From Podarcis gaigeae (Eukaryota), in assembly GCA_964106915.2 (NCBI GenBank), contig OZ066917.1: 64,000 bases of DNA. The stretch is one strand, 5' to 3'. The position numbers were made by a program, and so were the translations under genes. Below the pieces are notes generated by a model, which saw only the letters and a program-made list of their open reading frames with translations, had not been told where the DNA came from and made no database searches. Positions 51,331 to 64,000 of this stretch are shown here, piece by piece. Positions within the stretch are counted from its first letter, which is position 1; each line of letters begins with the position of its first letter.

Positions 51331-51989
51331 GGTGGGTCGTTTTCTCTGCCTGCCTACCATTTCATGACACCTTGAGCATTCACTTACTTGTTTCTGCTGA
51401 ACCAAAAAAAAAAAAAAAAAAAAAAAGTAGGGACAGTTTGTAGCCACTATAATTTTTAGAAATGTCCGTGTTTGTTATTTACAATCTCTGCACCATGCTG
51501 TAAAGGTGACTGGGGTGAGAGGAAAGATGAAATTGTTTCCTTGGAGATTTCTTATGGGTTCGCTCAGGGCAAAACAAGAGTCTGTGCTGACTGGGATTTC
51601 AAATTGCGTTGTCTGTCTGGATTCATGGTTCAGTAATGAGGCAAAGCAACTCATGACATGCACCTGTCCTTAACTTCCAGAGGGAGGAACACCCTCTCAT
51701 TTGCACTGCAGCAAAATTTTGGTTGTAGGTTTACATAGAGGTGCAGAGCTGTCTCCTTGCTAATTCAGCTTTAAAAAAATCACCTGATTTTGTGCTTGTC
51801 TCATACGTAGAAAGCATGGGTCCAAGCAGTTTTCCACTTGTCCCGGGCATGGGTCTGGGTAGTTTTGCCCTTTCCTTGCTGTCCTGTTGGGCTGTGTGTG
51901 TAATAAAGGGGAGCCACACTAGGGTGAAGGCGTCCTCTTTTATTTGTTCCTGTGCCAGTTTCAGTTTGTTGGTTAGCTTTTCTAGTAAG

Positions 51990-52154
51990 CATAGCTGTCA
52001 ACCTTCCCTTTTTTTGCGGGAAATTCCCTTATTCCAGTGCCGTTTCCCGCTGCTTCCCACTGCTATCCCGGATTTTTAGATATCCCGTAGACTGTCCCTG
52101 GGACTGGTGAGGCTGCTGATCCCTTATTTTCAAATCTGAAAGTTGACAGCTATG
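51990..52154. mobile_element. MITE with TIR catagctgtcaac
   Basis: 13-bp TIR, flanking duplication tctagtaag (9 bp). Confidence 0.8.
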
Positions 52155-53869
52155 TCTAGTAAGGCTGTTTCCCAGACAGTTTGGTACTAGTAGTCCATGT
52201 TCACTGCTGACAGATCCCTCCAGCATCTAGCTAGGGTGCTCTTGGCTGCTGAGAATAGGTGGCTTATGAGCTCTTTGTAGTGTGAGTGCACATGGCATGC
52301 TTAACTTAGGGCCAAATTCCAGTATTTTGGTGCTTTAAAAAAAATACAGCAGTGGAGGAGGGGCGATGGTAGAGTTTGGGATCACAGCAGGTAGGGATTA
52401 GGAATATAAACAGAGCCTTCTTGCTGTGGTCCTGATGAAGAAGACTCCACTGTACCTGCCAATTGCATTTAGAAGAAAGCTTGGCAAAGTTATTTGCTTG
52501 TATACTAGGGATGCACACATGTGCCTAAACCCATTCTGACATTTGTTCTCATCAGGTATTTTCCCTTCTGCCACACGTCTCTATTCTGTTTTGCTGCCCG
52601 GTGATGTGGAAATACACTTTATTTTTTACATGTATCGTAGCTCACAATGGGTGTATGTATCTATGCCATCAACAAATGCTTACGAATGAATTACTCTCCC
52701 CACAAAGTTAATGTATTAACAGAGGGGTAGCCCTGTTAGTCTTTTTCAGCAAAAGCAACAGATAGTCCTATGAAACCTTAAAGACGAAGTTAACGGGGGG
52801 GGGGGGGAGTGTAGAAAATAACTCTGTTATTATTCTATGTGTGATGGGGTGAGATCCTACCTTAGGACTGATACTAAGCTGGTAGCTGCAAGTGACCCTG
52901 TTATCGCTATAGGAAGAGGCAAGTCAAAATGTGTTTCTGCAAATTGATTTGACCGTGTCTGTGAAAATACGCACCTGCTAATCTGAGAAGCCGAGTATGT
53001 CATGAGCACAGGATTTCTCTGTGCTCATTGTGTACAGAAAGCAGATATGACAGACCAGGATTTAGAAATAACAGGATTAAAGAGGGGGGTACATTGTAAT
53101 TTCCCGGGATTACCTTTCAAGTTTGCATATTGCTGGAATATGGGTAATATTCCTCAACACTTGTTTTGCTTCTTAAATGATGTGTAATAGAAAATGAAAA
53201 CAGAATAATTTAATCCAGTTCGTTTAAAATAATACAGAAAGGCTGACCTCTGTCATTGAACTGCTATGCACATTGATGATTTTTATGAACTGGAAGCCAA
53301 TTCCACCTTCCCACATTATCAAATAACCTCATCAAAAGTTAAAATACCCTCCTCCCAACCCCACCTAAATTTGCATTTAGATTGTTTGGTGCCAACGTTC
53401 TCAATAAGATACTTTTCAGCTCTGTCAAACAAAACCTGATTGTCATTTAGCACAGTGGCAGTCGATTTACATTTCCATTAACGTAGATCCCAGACAATTA
53501 TCGGAGGAAATAAAAAAAAAGAAAAAGAATCTTATAAAAACCAGCTTTCTGTCTGCAGTTTTTATGGAGCCCGGGAGTCGATAAAGGGTCGCTCTTATCA
53601 CCGTTGGCCCCAGGAATGGCCGTCACAAAGACGAGGCTCCTCTGAATGAAAGGAGTATCTAGAGGAGACACCGGTGATGATGCACAGGAAAGAAAGCTGA
53701 GCAGGTTGTCAGTCTGCAGGAGAACTGGGTAGGCAAACAGAGACAGGCTGAGAGAGGTTAGTCTAGGTCAAAGGGTGAGAGTGAAGGTCCTAAGGCAAGG
53801 AGCTGGAAGAGGCTCAGACTCAAGATTGGGTACACAGTGAGCAGGAGGCGGGGGTGATAAGACTTTATA

Positions 53870-54127
53870 CCATATTGACCTGAATATAAGCCGGACCTGA
53901 ATATAAGTCGCACCTTTAAAATTCAAAGGGGAAAGAAAGACAAAAAGACAATACCTGAATATAAGCCGCTCCCTTAAAATTCTGAAGGCACTCACACCTG
54001 TTCCATTTTACCGTATTTCTGTTTCAGCAGCGAATATTTGTAAGGTCGTGAATTTAAGCTGCACTTTTAACTTTTCATGGTCGGAATTTGGAAGAAAAAG
54101 ATGAGGCTTATATTTAGGCCGATACGG
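53870..54127. mobile_element. pogo/mariner-type MITE
   Basis: ccatattgacctgaatataagcc...ggcttatatttaggccgatacgg imperfect TIR, internal repeats of tgaatataagc. Confidence 0.65.
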
Positions 54128-57100
54128 AAAGTGTCATGAACATACATTTTCTGCCCTGGGAATTATTTATTAATTTAATTGCCTGCCCTTCACCAGCTGG
54201 CCTCAGGGTGGGATACCACAATTTAACATTCAGAACTAAAAACAAACCCACACAGTTAAAACATATTGCATTCACGGGAATAAGGTAGGTCTTGAAAACA
54301 CATCATGAATGCACTGGTGTATGTGTTCAAATCACCTTCCTCACACTTCCGATGGTTTGTTTCCCCCAAGCAGGAGCTGCAAATCAATCTGTAAATATTC
54401 TGAAAATAATTTAAGGATCTAGATGGATGTCTGCAATGTGAAGAATGGGGGTTTCCCCTCAAACTGTTATCATGCACTGGCTTTCTTGCTAGTGTACAGA
54501 TCATATATTTGACTTGGCACGGAGTAACCCAGCATTACCTCTGCCAGTTTTGCCATGTTGTAAAGAGCCGCTGAGGTCAGGAAGGGCTCATGGAACGGTG
54601 AAAAAACCACAAATGCCGGATCCTTTTTTCCAGGAAAGTTTAGAAATAGGCATGGCGTTCTTTTTTGAAAACAAACTGGAATGTTCCGAGAAAAAATAAA
54701 AAGACTTCAAGGCTCTCCAGTCCCTGGAAGCAAAGCTCTGCAAACTAACTGCATCCAGCTTCAGTTTTCTTGTTGCAGTCTCTGTGTGTAGTCTCTACAC
54801 CATAGAGCCTCTTACTTTTCATACTGCTGTGTGACCTAGTTTCTCTCTCCAATGCATAACATTCCCAAGACATTTCCTAGAATAGACCCCCTAGGTCCAG
54901 ACATGTGAAATGGCTGGTGTCTTGTAGTGAATCCTATGAAGTTGACAGTATCCCTTCACAGAGGCTGCTCTCGCAAATCGCACCAAGGGGAATTTTCCCG
55001 GTGTAAACACCTTCCTGAGCTATCCTATGGATGCTAAATGGAGCATTGATGGTGGCCCTAGGATGTCAGTCTAATCCTCGGGAACAATTTTAACAGGCTG
55101 ATACTGATGGGGCTCAGGCCAGATGTGCAGAGAAATGAATAGAATTTAAAAGATAGGCATTCATAAATATGCCTTATGTGCACCATTCAAATAAATCTGG
55201 AAAGAAATTGGGGAGGAAAGAGATCTCGGCGGTAGAGCCACATGATTTGCATGCAACACGTTCTAGGTTCAGTCCCTAGGCATCTCCAGTTCCAAGGATC
55301 AGACAGCAGGTGATGGTTGCATTTGTGTAGATTAAGAGGTCAATGCCATGATTTGAACAAGTAAACTTCAAGAGCAATGAGGCCAAAGTATTACAGAATG
55401 CAACCCTTTGCAAGAAAATTTGGGTGTGGATTTTTTTTTGCGGCTTACATTTGGAATAACTGGATCAAGTTCACATATAGCACCAAGTCATGATTTGGTG
55501 CTACATAGCTGAGCACTGGGCTCATATACTTTTGCTTCCTCTCTCTCCTCCTGCCTCTTAATTTGTGACTTGCTGGTTTGCAGCAAAGCATGATTTTGCC
55601 AGTACATCCAAACTGGAAAACTCTGCAGGTTGGACCAAAACATTTTGCTGCCTGAGGTAAAGGACAAGATCATGCCTCCTCCCATTACATCCTCAAAGTC
55701 TGTCCTGACTGGTAGTTGAATCTTACTTCAACACTGGTAACAAGGCAGCATGTCACTGCATCTGAGGGCAGCAGACTAGCTTAAGAGGCGCAAGACAGAC
55801 CAGGCAGCACACTTGGCTTGTCTACTTCTCACTCATTAGCATTTATCACCTGAGGTGGTGGCTTCATTCTGCCTAATGGTAGAGCCGTTCCTGAACCTAT
55901 GGCTTGGGTTTGCCCTGAAAACAAAGATCACACCAGGGTTTGAATCGGATTTACAACCTTGGTTTGATTATGCAAACCATAATTTGCTGGTTCTGATGTA
56001 ATGGCAAACAATGGTTTGCCACAAATCAGGAATGCAACTGAGGAGCATGTGAACAAAAATCCTGGCCCTGTATTACCATAGAATGATTTGGTGCTTCATG
56101 CATGACAGGCTGACCCATTGGGCCTTTGACTCTTATTTTTTCAATCTCTATTGCTCTCCATTCAATTTAAAAAAGAACCACACGTATTCATTTGGGTTAC
56201 ATTAATGGTTATTTTATTTAAAGGATGAGAAACACAGTAACTGCAGTTCGCTTGTACTCATAATAACCATTGATGTTTTTTCAAAATTGTATGTTAACAT
56301 CCATGTGTAACAAAAACCATTTTTTTCCTGAACTGTGCAAAGTACAAAGGGTTTGTTCAGTTAGCAGAAACCTTCTCCAGTACAACAAACCTGGCATTTT
56401 ACAAAACAAGGCTGCCAGGACAATTCTGTTCATTTGCTGTCTTAGGAAACGCACACATGCGTGTGCACACACTCCCCCCTCCCTCCCCATGCTTCCTGTC
56501 CTTTGAATGCCGTTTATCAACATGGACCACCGGAAGAGCTAATACTTTCCACACAGAGGTCACTATCCAGAATCCCTGCCTTGTCTTTTGCATTCTGTGT
56601 TTGTGCTACATATGTGAAACTGATCCACTACTACAGGAGACTGCTCCAAGCTACCATGATAGATGAGAACTAAGATCTGTTGTTCAAATGTTGTTGGAGC
56701 TTCAAACAGTCAAAGAAACACTTACCTCAGAGGAAATTCGAGGGATGGGTTTTTAAGCATCAAATGCTGGGATCGGAGTGAATGTGGGGGCACCAGTGGT
56801 GGAGCTTCATGCTCCAGCACGGGGTGTGTGTGGAGAGCAGGCGGGGGCGTGGCTGGCGTGCACCCCAGGGGCGTGGTGTGCTGCCTGAGGGGGCATAGTA
56901 CCCTACGTGGGCAGGGGGGCAGCTGCGATGGCACCCCACTGGGATCGTGCTGCTGGGGGCAGTGCGCTCTCCCTGCCCTCCTCTTCCTCCGCCAGTGGGT
57001 GGCACAACCTTTAAAAATACTGAATTCAGAAAAGATGTGTTTGCAAAGTGTTGCGTTTTGTCCTAGTGGAGTTTGTGGAATATGGATTAACACCTTCATA

Positions 57101-57604
57101 CAGAGATGTGCAAAAGCTTTTTGGCAAAACAACAGTGGCTATAATATCCCTGCCAAAGGGTGATGATTCCTTGGTGCTGTTGTTGTGTGAATGGCTGGCT
57201 GAATACACTGTGCAAGAGCTAAGATACTTCGCTGCTCTATATTCTGAGCACAGCAAAGAAACCAATTCTAGATAAGGGGTGGCCTTGTTTATCAAAGAAC
57301 AAGCAACTTTAGGTGCATGCATGGACATCTGTGTGCCTAGGAAGATTTGCGCCTTTTTTCTTTGAACAGCAACCCTACCCCAATAAATTGCCTTTGATGC
57401 TCCCCTTGGTTTCAAAAGTGGTTTACCATACAGCACTAGGCAGGGAGATTTGTTCAGGAAACATCTCTGAAGCCGCCTTAGATACGTGGAACTAGTTGTG
57501 TGGTTATTTGAATCCTGGCCTTTCATCTACAGCTGAAGTACACAATGCTCACATCTGACTTACTCGTGCAAAACTCTTTTGACACTATGTAAGAGAGGCT
57601 GTCA

Positions 57605-57968
57605 AGGGACGCAGGTGGTGCTGTGGGTTAAAGCCTTAGTGCCTAGGACTTGCCGATCGAAAGGTCGGCGGTTCGAATCCGTGCGGCGGGGTGCGCTCCC
57701 GCTGCTCGGTCCCAGCGCCTGCCAACCTAGCAGTTCGAAAGCACCTCCGGGTGCAAGTAGATAAATAGGGACCGCTTACCAGCGGGAAGGTAAACGGCGT
57801 TTCCGTGTGCGGCTCTGGCTCGCCAGATGCAGCTTTGTCACGCTGGCCACGTGACCCGGAAGTGTCTCCGGACAGCGCTGGCCCCTGGCCTCTTAAGTGA
57901 GATGGGCGCACAACCCCAGAGTCTGTCAAGACTGGCCTGTACGGGCAGGGGTACCTTTACCTTTACCT
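57605..57968 (+). mobile_element. Sauria SINE, full length with 15-bp TSD
   Basis: TSD taagagaggctgtca at 57590-57604 and 57969-57983; (accttt)n tail; CpG-rich (young). Confidence 0.93.
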
Positions 57969-59115
57969 TAAGAGAGGCTGTCACAACTATGGCAAACAGC
58001 CACCATTTTTGGTCCACTGTAGAGAGTCTTCAGTATTAAGCATATAATTATGTGCACTGTGCTGAACTGTTTGAGATTTATTTATTTATTTATTAAAAAA
58101 CCATGTATCTTAGGAAGTGGGAGAACGCAATGTCTTTAATCCCTGTTTACTTGTGAGAGGAATGTTTCCTTGCTCAAACTAAGGAAGCACCAACATGGAT
58201 TTGGTCCAGACAATTGGTTGCAATAATTCCAAAGCAAATCAGAAGAGAAACCATCTTCCTCTGCCCATTCCCTTCCATCTTTTCTCAGTTCTGAATACAG
58301 ATGCTGGTGAAGAAAATACTCCATCACCCTTTTACTTCCCCCAGGGGGGAAAATGACACTTTACATTGCCGGCCACAGATATTCTCACACTTGAAGTCAA
58401 AAGTCACAGTTGACCAGGGCATGCTACAGCTATATTTAAGGGTAACAGACACATCACACGCTAACACATGTAAAAGTACTGTAGTTCATTTTTTAAAAAC
58501 CAGCAAAGCCACTTCCGAGATTTCGAGCAATGAAGTGGCAGAGAAGGGAGCACCCATCCCATCCTTATGCCGTCCACTGTATTCCCTCTCCAAATCACAT
58601 TCCCAAGCAGCTCTTCCCTGAATGTGTCAAAGATGCATGCAAAAACACGGTTGGAATCCTGTATTGGGTAGGGAGCCATTGGGAACAAAACATCAGGCAG
58701 GGGAAGGGTTAAGTTGCACACCCTACCTATTTCCTCCCTCTAACTGCCCCTCCTGAAACAGCTAGTTTTGCTTTATTTCATTTTTTTTAATAAACAAATG
58801 GCATCATGGCACTCTTACATGTTTTAGTGTGCAATACACAGTTTGCCCTCCCCCCCCCCCGAGTATTTTGAAGTTTAAGGTGGAACTTAAGCACGTACCC
58901 AAACATCTTCTAGGGAAAACAAAATTTAAAAGTGTTAAGATTTGCCTTGATTGTGTCATTTGTTTTTAAATGATGAGAAGAGGTAGATGGGAAGGAGGGA
59001 ACAGAATGGGCTGGCCAAAGTGTGCGCTTCAGGACAATTCATGAGAAGGCTGACTCTGGCCAGACCAGTGCCTAAATTACTCCCATCTACAGGAGAGACA
59101 AGAAGGGCAGATCCT

Positions 59116-59116
<1 letters not shown>

Positions 59117-59153
<37 letters not shown>
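59117..59153. repeat. (GT)n microsatellite
   Basis: Direct observation. Confidence 0.95.
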
Positions 59154-59155
<2 letters not shown>

Positions 59156-60239
59156 GGGGGTATAATCGAAACGGGCTTGAGAGACGAGTGACAGCTGGAA
59201 ATAAGGGCATGCCGATATCCTCAGGTAAACTCCCCTTTGGGGAAGGCACAGGTGAGCCTTAGTCTCCTGTAGAACTGGGGGTCTCCCCTGGCCCACCCTC
59301 AAGCCCCTCCAAGTTTGGTAGCAGTGGCAAAAGAAACAACCATAAAAGTTGACACAGCCCTGGCAGGGGTTGGAGAGGTTTAGTAAGGCATGAGGCCCAG
59401 CGAATCTGACAGGGACGCAAATTGGCTCCCTGTCCAGTCATCAGAAGGATGATTTGATGAGCAGGAAGGTGGCAATGCCTCCCTTGTCAGCTGATCTGCT
59501 GTGGGAGGGGGCAGTGTGCCCGTGTGAGAGTGTGGGGGGCCACACCACTGACCTGTGGGTGCCACAGGGCTGGCTGAGGGCGATTCCAATCTTTGAGCCA
59601 AATAAGTTTAGGCATGTCTGCTCTAGGGTAGCTCTAGCTAAAGCTAGACGTTCTACCTAGAGTATCCCACAGAAGATGGAAAGTAACCTGAGTAACAGCT
59701 GAAATGTTTTTGAACTCACTTGTACTACTTCCACATACCCTCTTTTTAATCTTTGTGTGCCCTGGCGAATGAAATACATGTTGTTTGTATTGTTGTACCA
59801 GCTTTTCTATATATACGAGATTATCTGAATATTTCCATCAATGAATATGGCTTCCTAGAATATAGCTAGCACCCCATAATTATTTGTGTATGAGTATCTG
59901 CCCTCAGAGCTGGTGTCATCAGAAATGGGTCTTATCTATCCAAGTAACTGATGATTGTTCCAGCAAGTTTTAGGACTGGGCTGTTAGTCTGACATGTTAA
60001 AATTAAGAGAGTAAAAAAACATTACCCTACATTTTGAAGGAGCAACGGGCTATGTCTCTTGATTTCTGCCCATATCTTAGAATTTGAAGAGCGTAGCTTA
60101 TGCAGGACAAAGTAATACATTACAACAATGGGAAGATTTGGGGTGGTGTTTCCAGTATACACTGCCTGAATTAAACCGAGCAAAAGACATTGCTAAAAAT
60201 ATCCTTCTGTCTCTTTGACAATTTTTTTTAACAGATGTC

Positions 60240-63166
60240 ACCAACTGATTTATAACAGGTTTATTTTCTTGCTTCCTATTTATTGCACCTTTAAGTTCTT
60301 GGTTGCCGGAAGCGTCTATTGCCTGAATATTTTATTATTATGTAGCTTGACCCAGGTTAGAAAACCAAACACTGTTCAGAACTATACATTTCTACAGAAA
60401 CAAATCACATTTTGATAGTGGTAATTACAGCCATCTTCTCTCTGATGTTCAGAGACAGAAATAAGAATTCCAGCGTTCTGTGCTTGCGGGAACCTGCAGT
60501 GTTCTTTTTATTGCCATGTAGAAGTCAATTAAAATGAATCCTCCTGGAAAAGCTCCCAAATCTCCAGTAATTATCGCTGTCTAGACAGCGTACTATGCTT
60601 TGAAGAGGCTTCCGACACAATATATTTGTGTGTAAGGAACAGGCCACTGTATATTTAAGTGATTCTTAAGATTCCGACTCCACGCTCCCTCCTTTGGTTG
60701 CACGGAGCAAGCAATAGAAAGGTTTTGATCTTTAGGAGCCTGACATTAGCGACAATAAAGGATACAAAAATACACATAGGAGTATCTTCTAATACAACAG
60801 ATGATAAATGAATGTGTAGGTATCTGAGCTAACCAATGGAATTTCATTCAGTCAATGAATAATGGGTTGAATCCAAAGGTGCCCTTCTGGGTGTGGAGTG
60901 GGGCTTCCTCTCACAGCACAGCTGTTTTACAGCTCATGCAATAGCCTTGCATAAATCCACAGATGTTCTCCTGCAGTTGAAAGCACGAGTGCTGCTGTGG
61001 AGCATGCCTATTATAGCACTGTGTGATCTCTTTCGTAAGGGTTTGCTGAATGCCACTAGCAAGCTGTTTCCCTTCCACCCATGCGTCTTTGGATCAAATT
61101 CAATCGCTTTGCCTATTTGCCATCTCTTACTTCTTCTTCTTTTTGTCACACTCCATAGCAGTTGCTGACCAGAATCCAGAGATTTGCTTTTCACAAGCAG
61201 ATCAAGGTAATATTCCTTGTGAAACCAGCTCACGCGAGGTGCATTCAGAGTACACTTTCCCCGTGCGTAAGCCTGTTTCACGAAGCTACTTGTACGCATA
61301 GCTTGTGCAAAGCCTTCCACATAGAGCAGGGGCCCCCAAATGTCCCCCCATGGACAATTTGAAATTGCTAGGGGCTACTTGACGGTTTCTCTGCCTGTTG
61401 TAGCAATTGCAGTGCTGTATGATTTTTTTAATTGCATTGTTATTGCTTCTTTTATTTTGTATTACAATTTGAGTTCCACAGAATATAAGACATAAGAGCA
61501 ATAAAATACAATTAAAAATAAATATGTCTATTGGATGCAATGGATATGGGATCTCCCATCTTCATCCATAGACACGTGCTGGACCAACTGAATGAAACTC
61601 ATGGAGCACAGGTAGTATATACAGTGGTACCTTGGGTTACATACGCTTCAGGTTACATACGCTTCAGGTTACAGACTCCGCTAACCCAGAAATAGTGCTT
61701 CAGGTTAAGAACTTTGCTTCAGGATGAGAACAAAAATTGTGCTTTGGTGGCGCAGCAGCAGTGGGAGGCCCCATTAGCTAAAGTTAAGGTTAAGAACAGT
61801 TTCAGGTTAATAATGGACCTCCGGAACGAATTAAGTACTTAACCCGAGGTACCACTGTAGACCAGTTTGGGAACTCCTGATGCAGAGAGTTTCACAAGGA
61901 TTTCTTCTGCTTGTGGTCCTATCTGTATCCTGGCCCCAGTTGCTTCAATGTCAGTAGCAAGTATGGCAACAGTAACATCTTTTGCATACTTGAGAACAAT
62001 TTTTTAATTTGATATGCCAAATCAAGTATTTCTTAACTGGGTTTTTAAATGAAAAGTAGCGCCATTATGTATGCGAAGTAGGACTTTCCTTATCTATATG
62101 GAGTTTGCAATGTATAACATTTCTTGCATTAGAAAAGTATATTGTATAAAAGCTCTCTTATCTGAAATACATTAAAGCAACAATCAAAATTAAAATGCTG
62201 CAAAGGAAAGAAAAAGTAACGGCTAACCAAAACGTCATGTAGTTGATGATAGTCAGTCCAGCATATCAGATTGTTGGCTCTTCGTATGAAATCTTTGATG
62301 CGCTATTAAGCTAACTACAGGAGATGCAGTGACAAGAGAAAAAGTCTCAATGTGGTGTCCACACTGCTCGACGTGACTTGGCCATGCAGTCCATTGTCAC
62401 ACATAGGATTTGGCTTTCAGAATGGGTTGGGAAGTCGTGGGAAAATGCACTTTTCCAGTGTTGACTCACCTGACACTGGGAACGCTACTCTCAATATTTT
62501 TCTGGGGGTGCACGGTGTATGAAAAGGCCCTGACTAGTATTCTTAAGCAGAATATTTTGAGGTATCTATTAGAAAGGAATGCTGGCAATGTTTTGGACTC
62601 CCAAATTCTGTCTAGCCGAACAATGTGCAGATTTCAGCGGGTTGCGTTCCGTCCATGAGCTTCCTTTACCCCCACCTGGGAAAACAGACAAGTTCAAGAG
62701 TCCCCCTTGCACTCCTCTTGAAACTCAAGTCCCTCTTGCATAGGCCAGTAATAAGAACACTGCAGCTCAGACAAATAAATTACAGCAATATAACAAGTTT
62801 CTTAATTCCCCCCCTCTTTTTTTTAAAACATACTTTATCATTTACACAAAGTGTGGCGGCTGGACTTTAGCTTAAGTTACAACCCGAATGTGTGTCCTCT
62901 CAGTCTTCGACTCCGAGTGGAAGGCACGACTACAGCAATTCTGCTTGTATGTACCGTACGTGGGTTTGAAAGCACAGCGAGAGACCTCATCTCCTGGGCT
63001 GAATATCAAAGAGCCTGCGGAGTCTTTGGAAATAATAATAATTACAGTTCTTGTTATGGCAGTGGATATTAGGAAAGTTTCCCTTCGCTCTTTCTTTCTT
63101 TTTTTTTGTGCTATGGAATTTCCTGTGAAAGGTCCTTCGAGTCCAAAAAGCGTGGAGCTGAAGCCC
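60240..63166 (-). other. SH3RF3: Probable 3'UTR of SH3RF3, candidate poly(A) signals at 60260-60265 and 60279-60284
   Basis: Follows the stop codon; AATAAA cluster on the minus strand; the end point is inferred. Confidence 0.5.
61622..61857. mobile_element. Tc1/mariner(pogo)-type MITE, family A
   Basis: TA TSD, TIR cagtggtacct. Confidence 0.85.
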
Positions 63167-63335
63167 TCAGAAGCTCTCCACAAAGCTCCCAGGAAAGAGG
63201 CCTGACCTGCCGTTTCTCTGCAAAGTCCCTTTGTACCAACCGTCCTCCCTTTTCTTGTGGACAAACACGATGTCGCCTTCTTTCAGTTCAATCTCGGCTT
63301 CGCTTTGTGGGGGATAGGGGACCACAACACGATAC
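63167..63335 (-). CDS. SH3RF3: E3 ubiquitin ligase SH3RF3 (POSH2) last coding exon, C-terminal SH3 domain [55 protein letters not shown]
   Basis: Manual translation; acceptor tctcttaaag|G; canonical POSH-family SH3-4; SH3RF3 is the known convergent neighbour of SEPTIN10; missed by the ORF track. Confidence 0.93.
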
Positions 63336-64000
63336 CTTTAAGAGACAGAAGGGTAGACCTTATTGCAGGTGGTGGTTCATATACTCTACTTCTCTGTGGA
63401 AGGGTCAGAGATCTACATCTGGAACCAGCAACCGCATAGGTTGGCTGGGAATGATGATGTGGAAAGCTCCCACGCCAGAAACTCTTACACAATGCATATA
63501 TTTATGTCAGTTTTATCAATAAGCTGTCAAAAGTTACTGGGCTGCAGAATGCTTTACCAGCCTCTGGGGTGGTAACAGAAAAAGGACAGGGAGGCACGTC
63601 CCTCCTTCAGCAGCCTGCTGCATTTTACTTATTTAGCATTTACGTTTATTTTTGCCCCATAACATAGCTATCTGGATGCAGCTCAGAGACCATCTTCGCT
63701 CCAGCAGCCTGCTTAGTTTCTTGCTCACAGGCTTGCATAGAATTCCTGGTCATCTGTAGCTGCCAGGCAAATACACAAGCTGATTTATTGAGAGAGTATC
63801 TCTACCTTGCTTTTCAGCTAAGAGGATATATTTAAAAAGTCACTGGCTTCTTTTGTTTATTATACTTGCATTTCGCTGTTCCTTTAGCGGAGTGGCTGCC
63901 AGCATCTGATCATGGATCAGATGCATGACCGTTCACTAACAGTGTAACATCATCGGTTAAGCATAGGAGGGGTCACCATAACACTGTTGAGCATCATATT

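Noticed and set aside
56663-57526. 166-aa ORFs
   Set aside because: Partly overlap a GC-rich MITE-like insert; no splice or homology support
62872-63522. ORF-track proteins at the right end
   Set aside because: They are off-frame or antisense to the real SH3RF3 exon at 63167-63335

Overview
Vertebrate genomic DNA. The repeat content (Sauria SINEs, Squam-type SINEs, short hAT/mariner MITEs, Penelope fragments) points to a squamate, probably a lacertid lizard. The + strand holds the last 8 coding exons of a SEPT6-group septin (1752-15332). It is assigned as SEPTIN10 from sequence, exon sizes and convergent synteny with SH3RF3. Directly downstream is a second, apparently intact tandem paralogue (coding exons 20696-36284, about 83% aa identity by hand count over 374 aligned residues). 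The paralogue has changed G3 and NC-interface residues, a candidate new 36-nt micro-exon and a palindromic RFX X-box upstream. The last coding exon (4th SH3 domain) and long 3'UTR of SH3RF3 lie on the - strand at the right end. At 39859-40296 there is a perfect 210-bp inverted repeat of a Penelope-like terminal repeat, with a minimal hammerhead-ribozyme core in each arm. Apart from those overlapping real exons or L1 remnants, the supplied ORFs are spurious. All analysis is by eye, and family names come from recalled consensus sequences.
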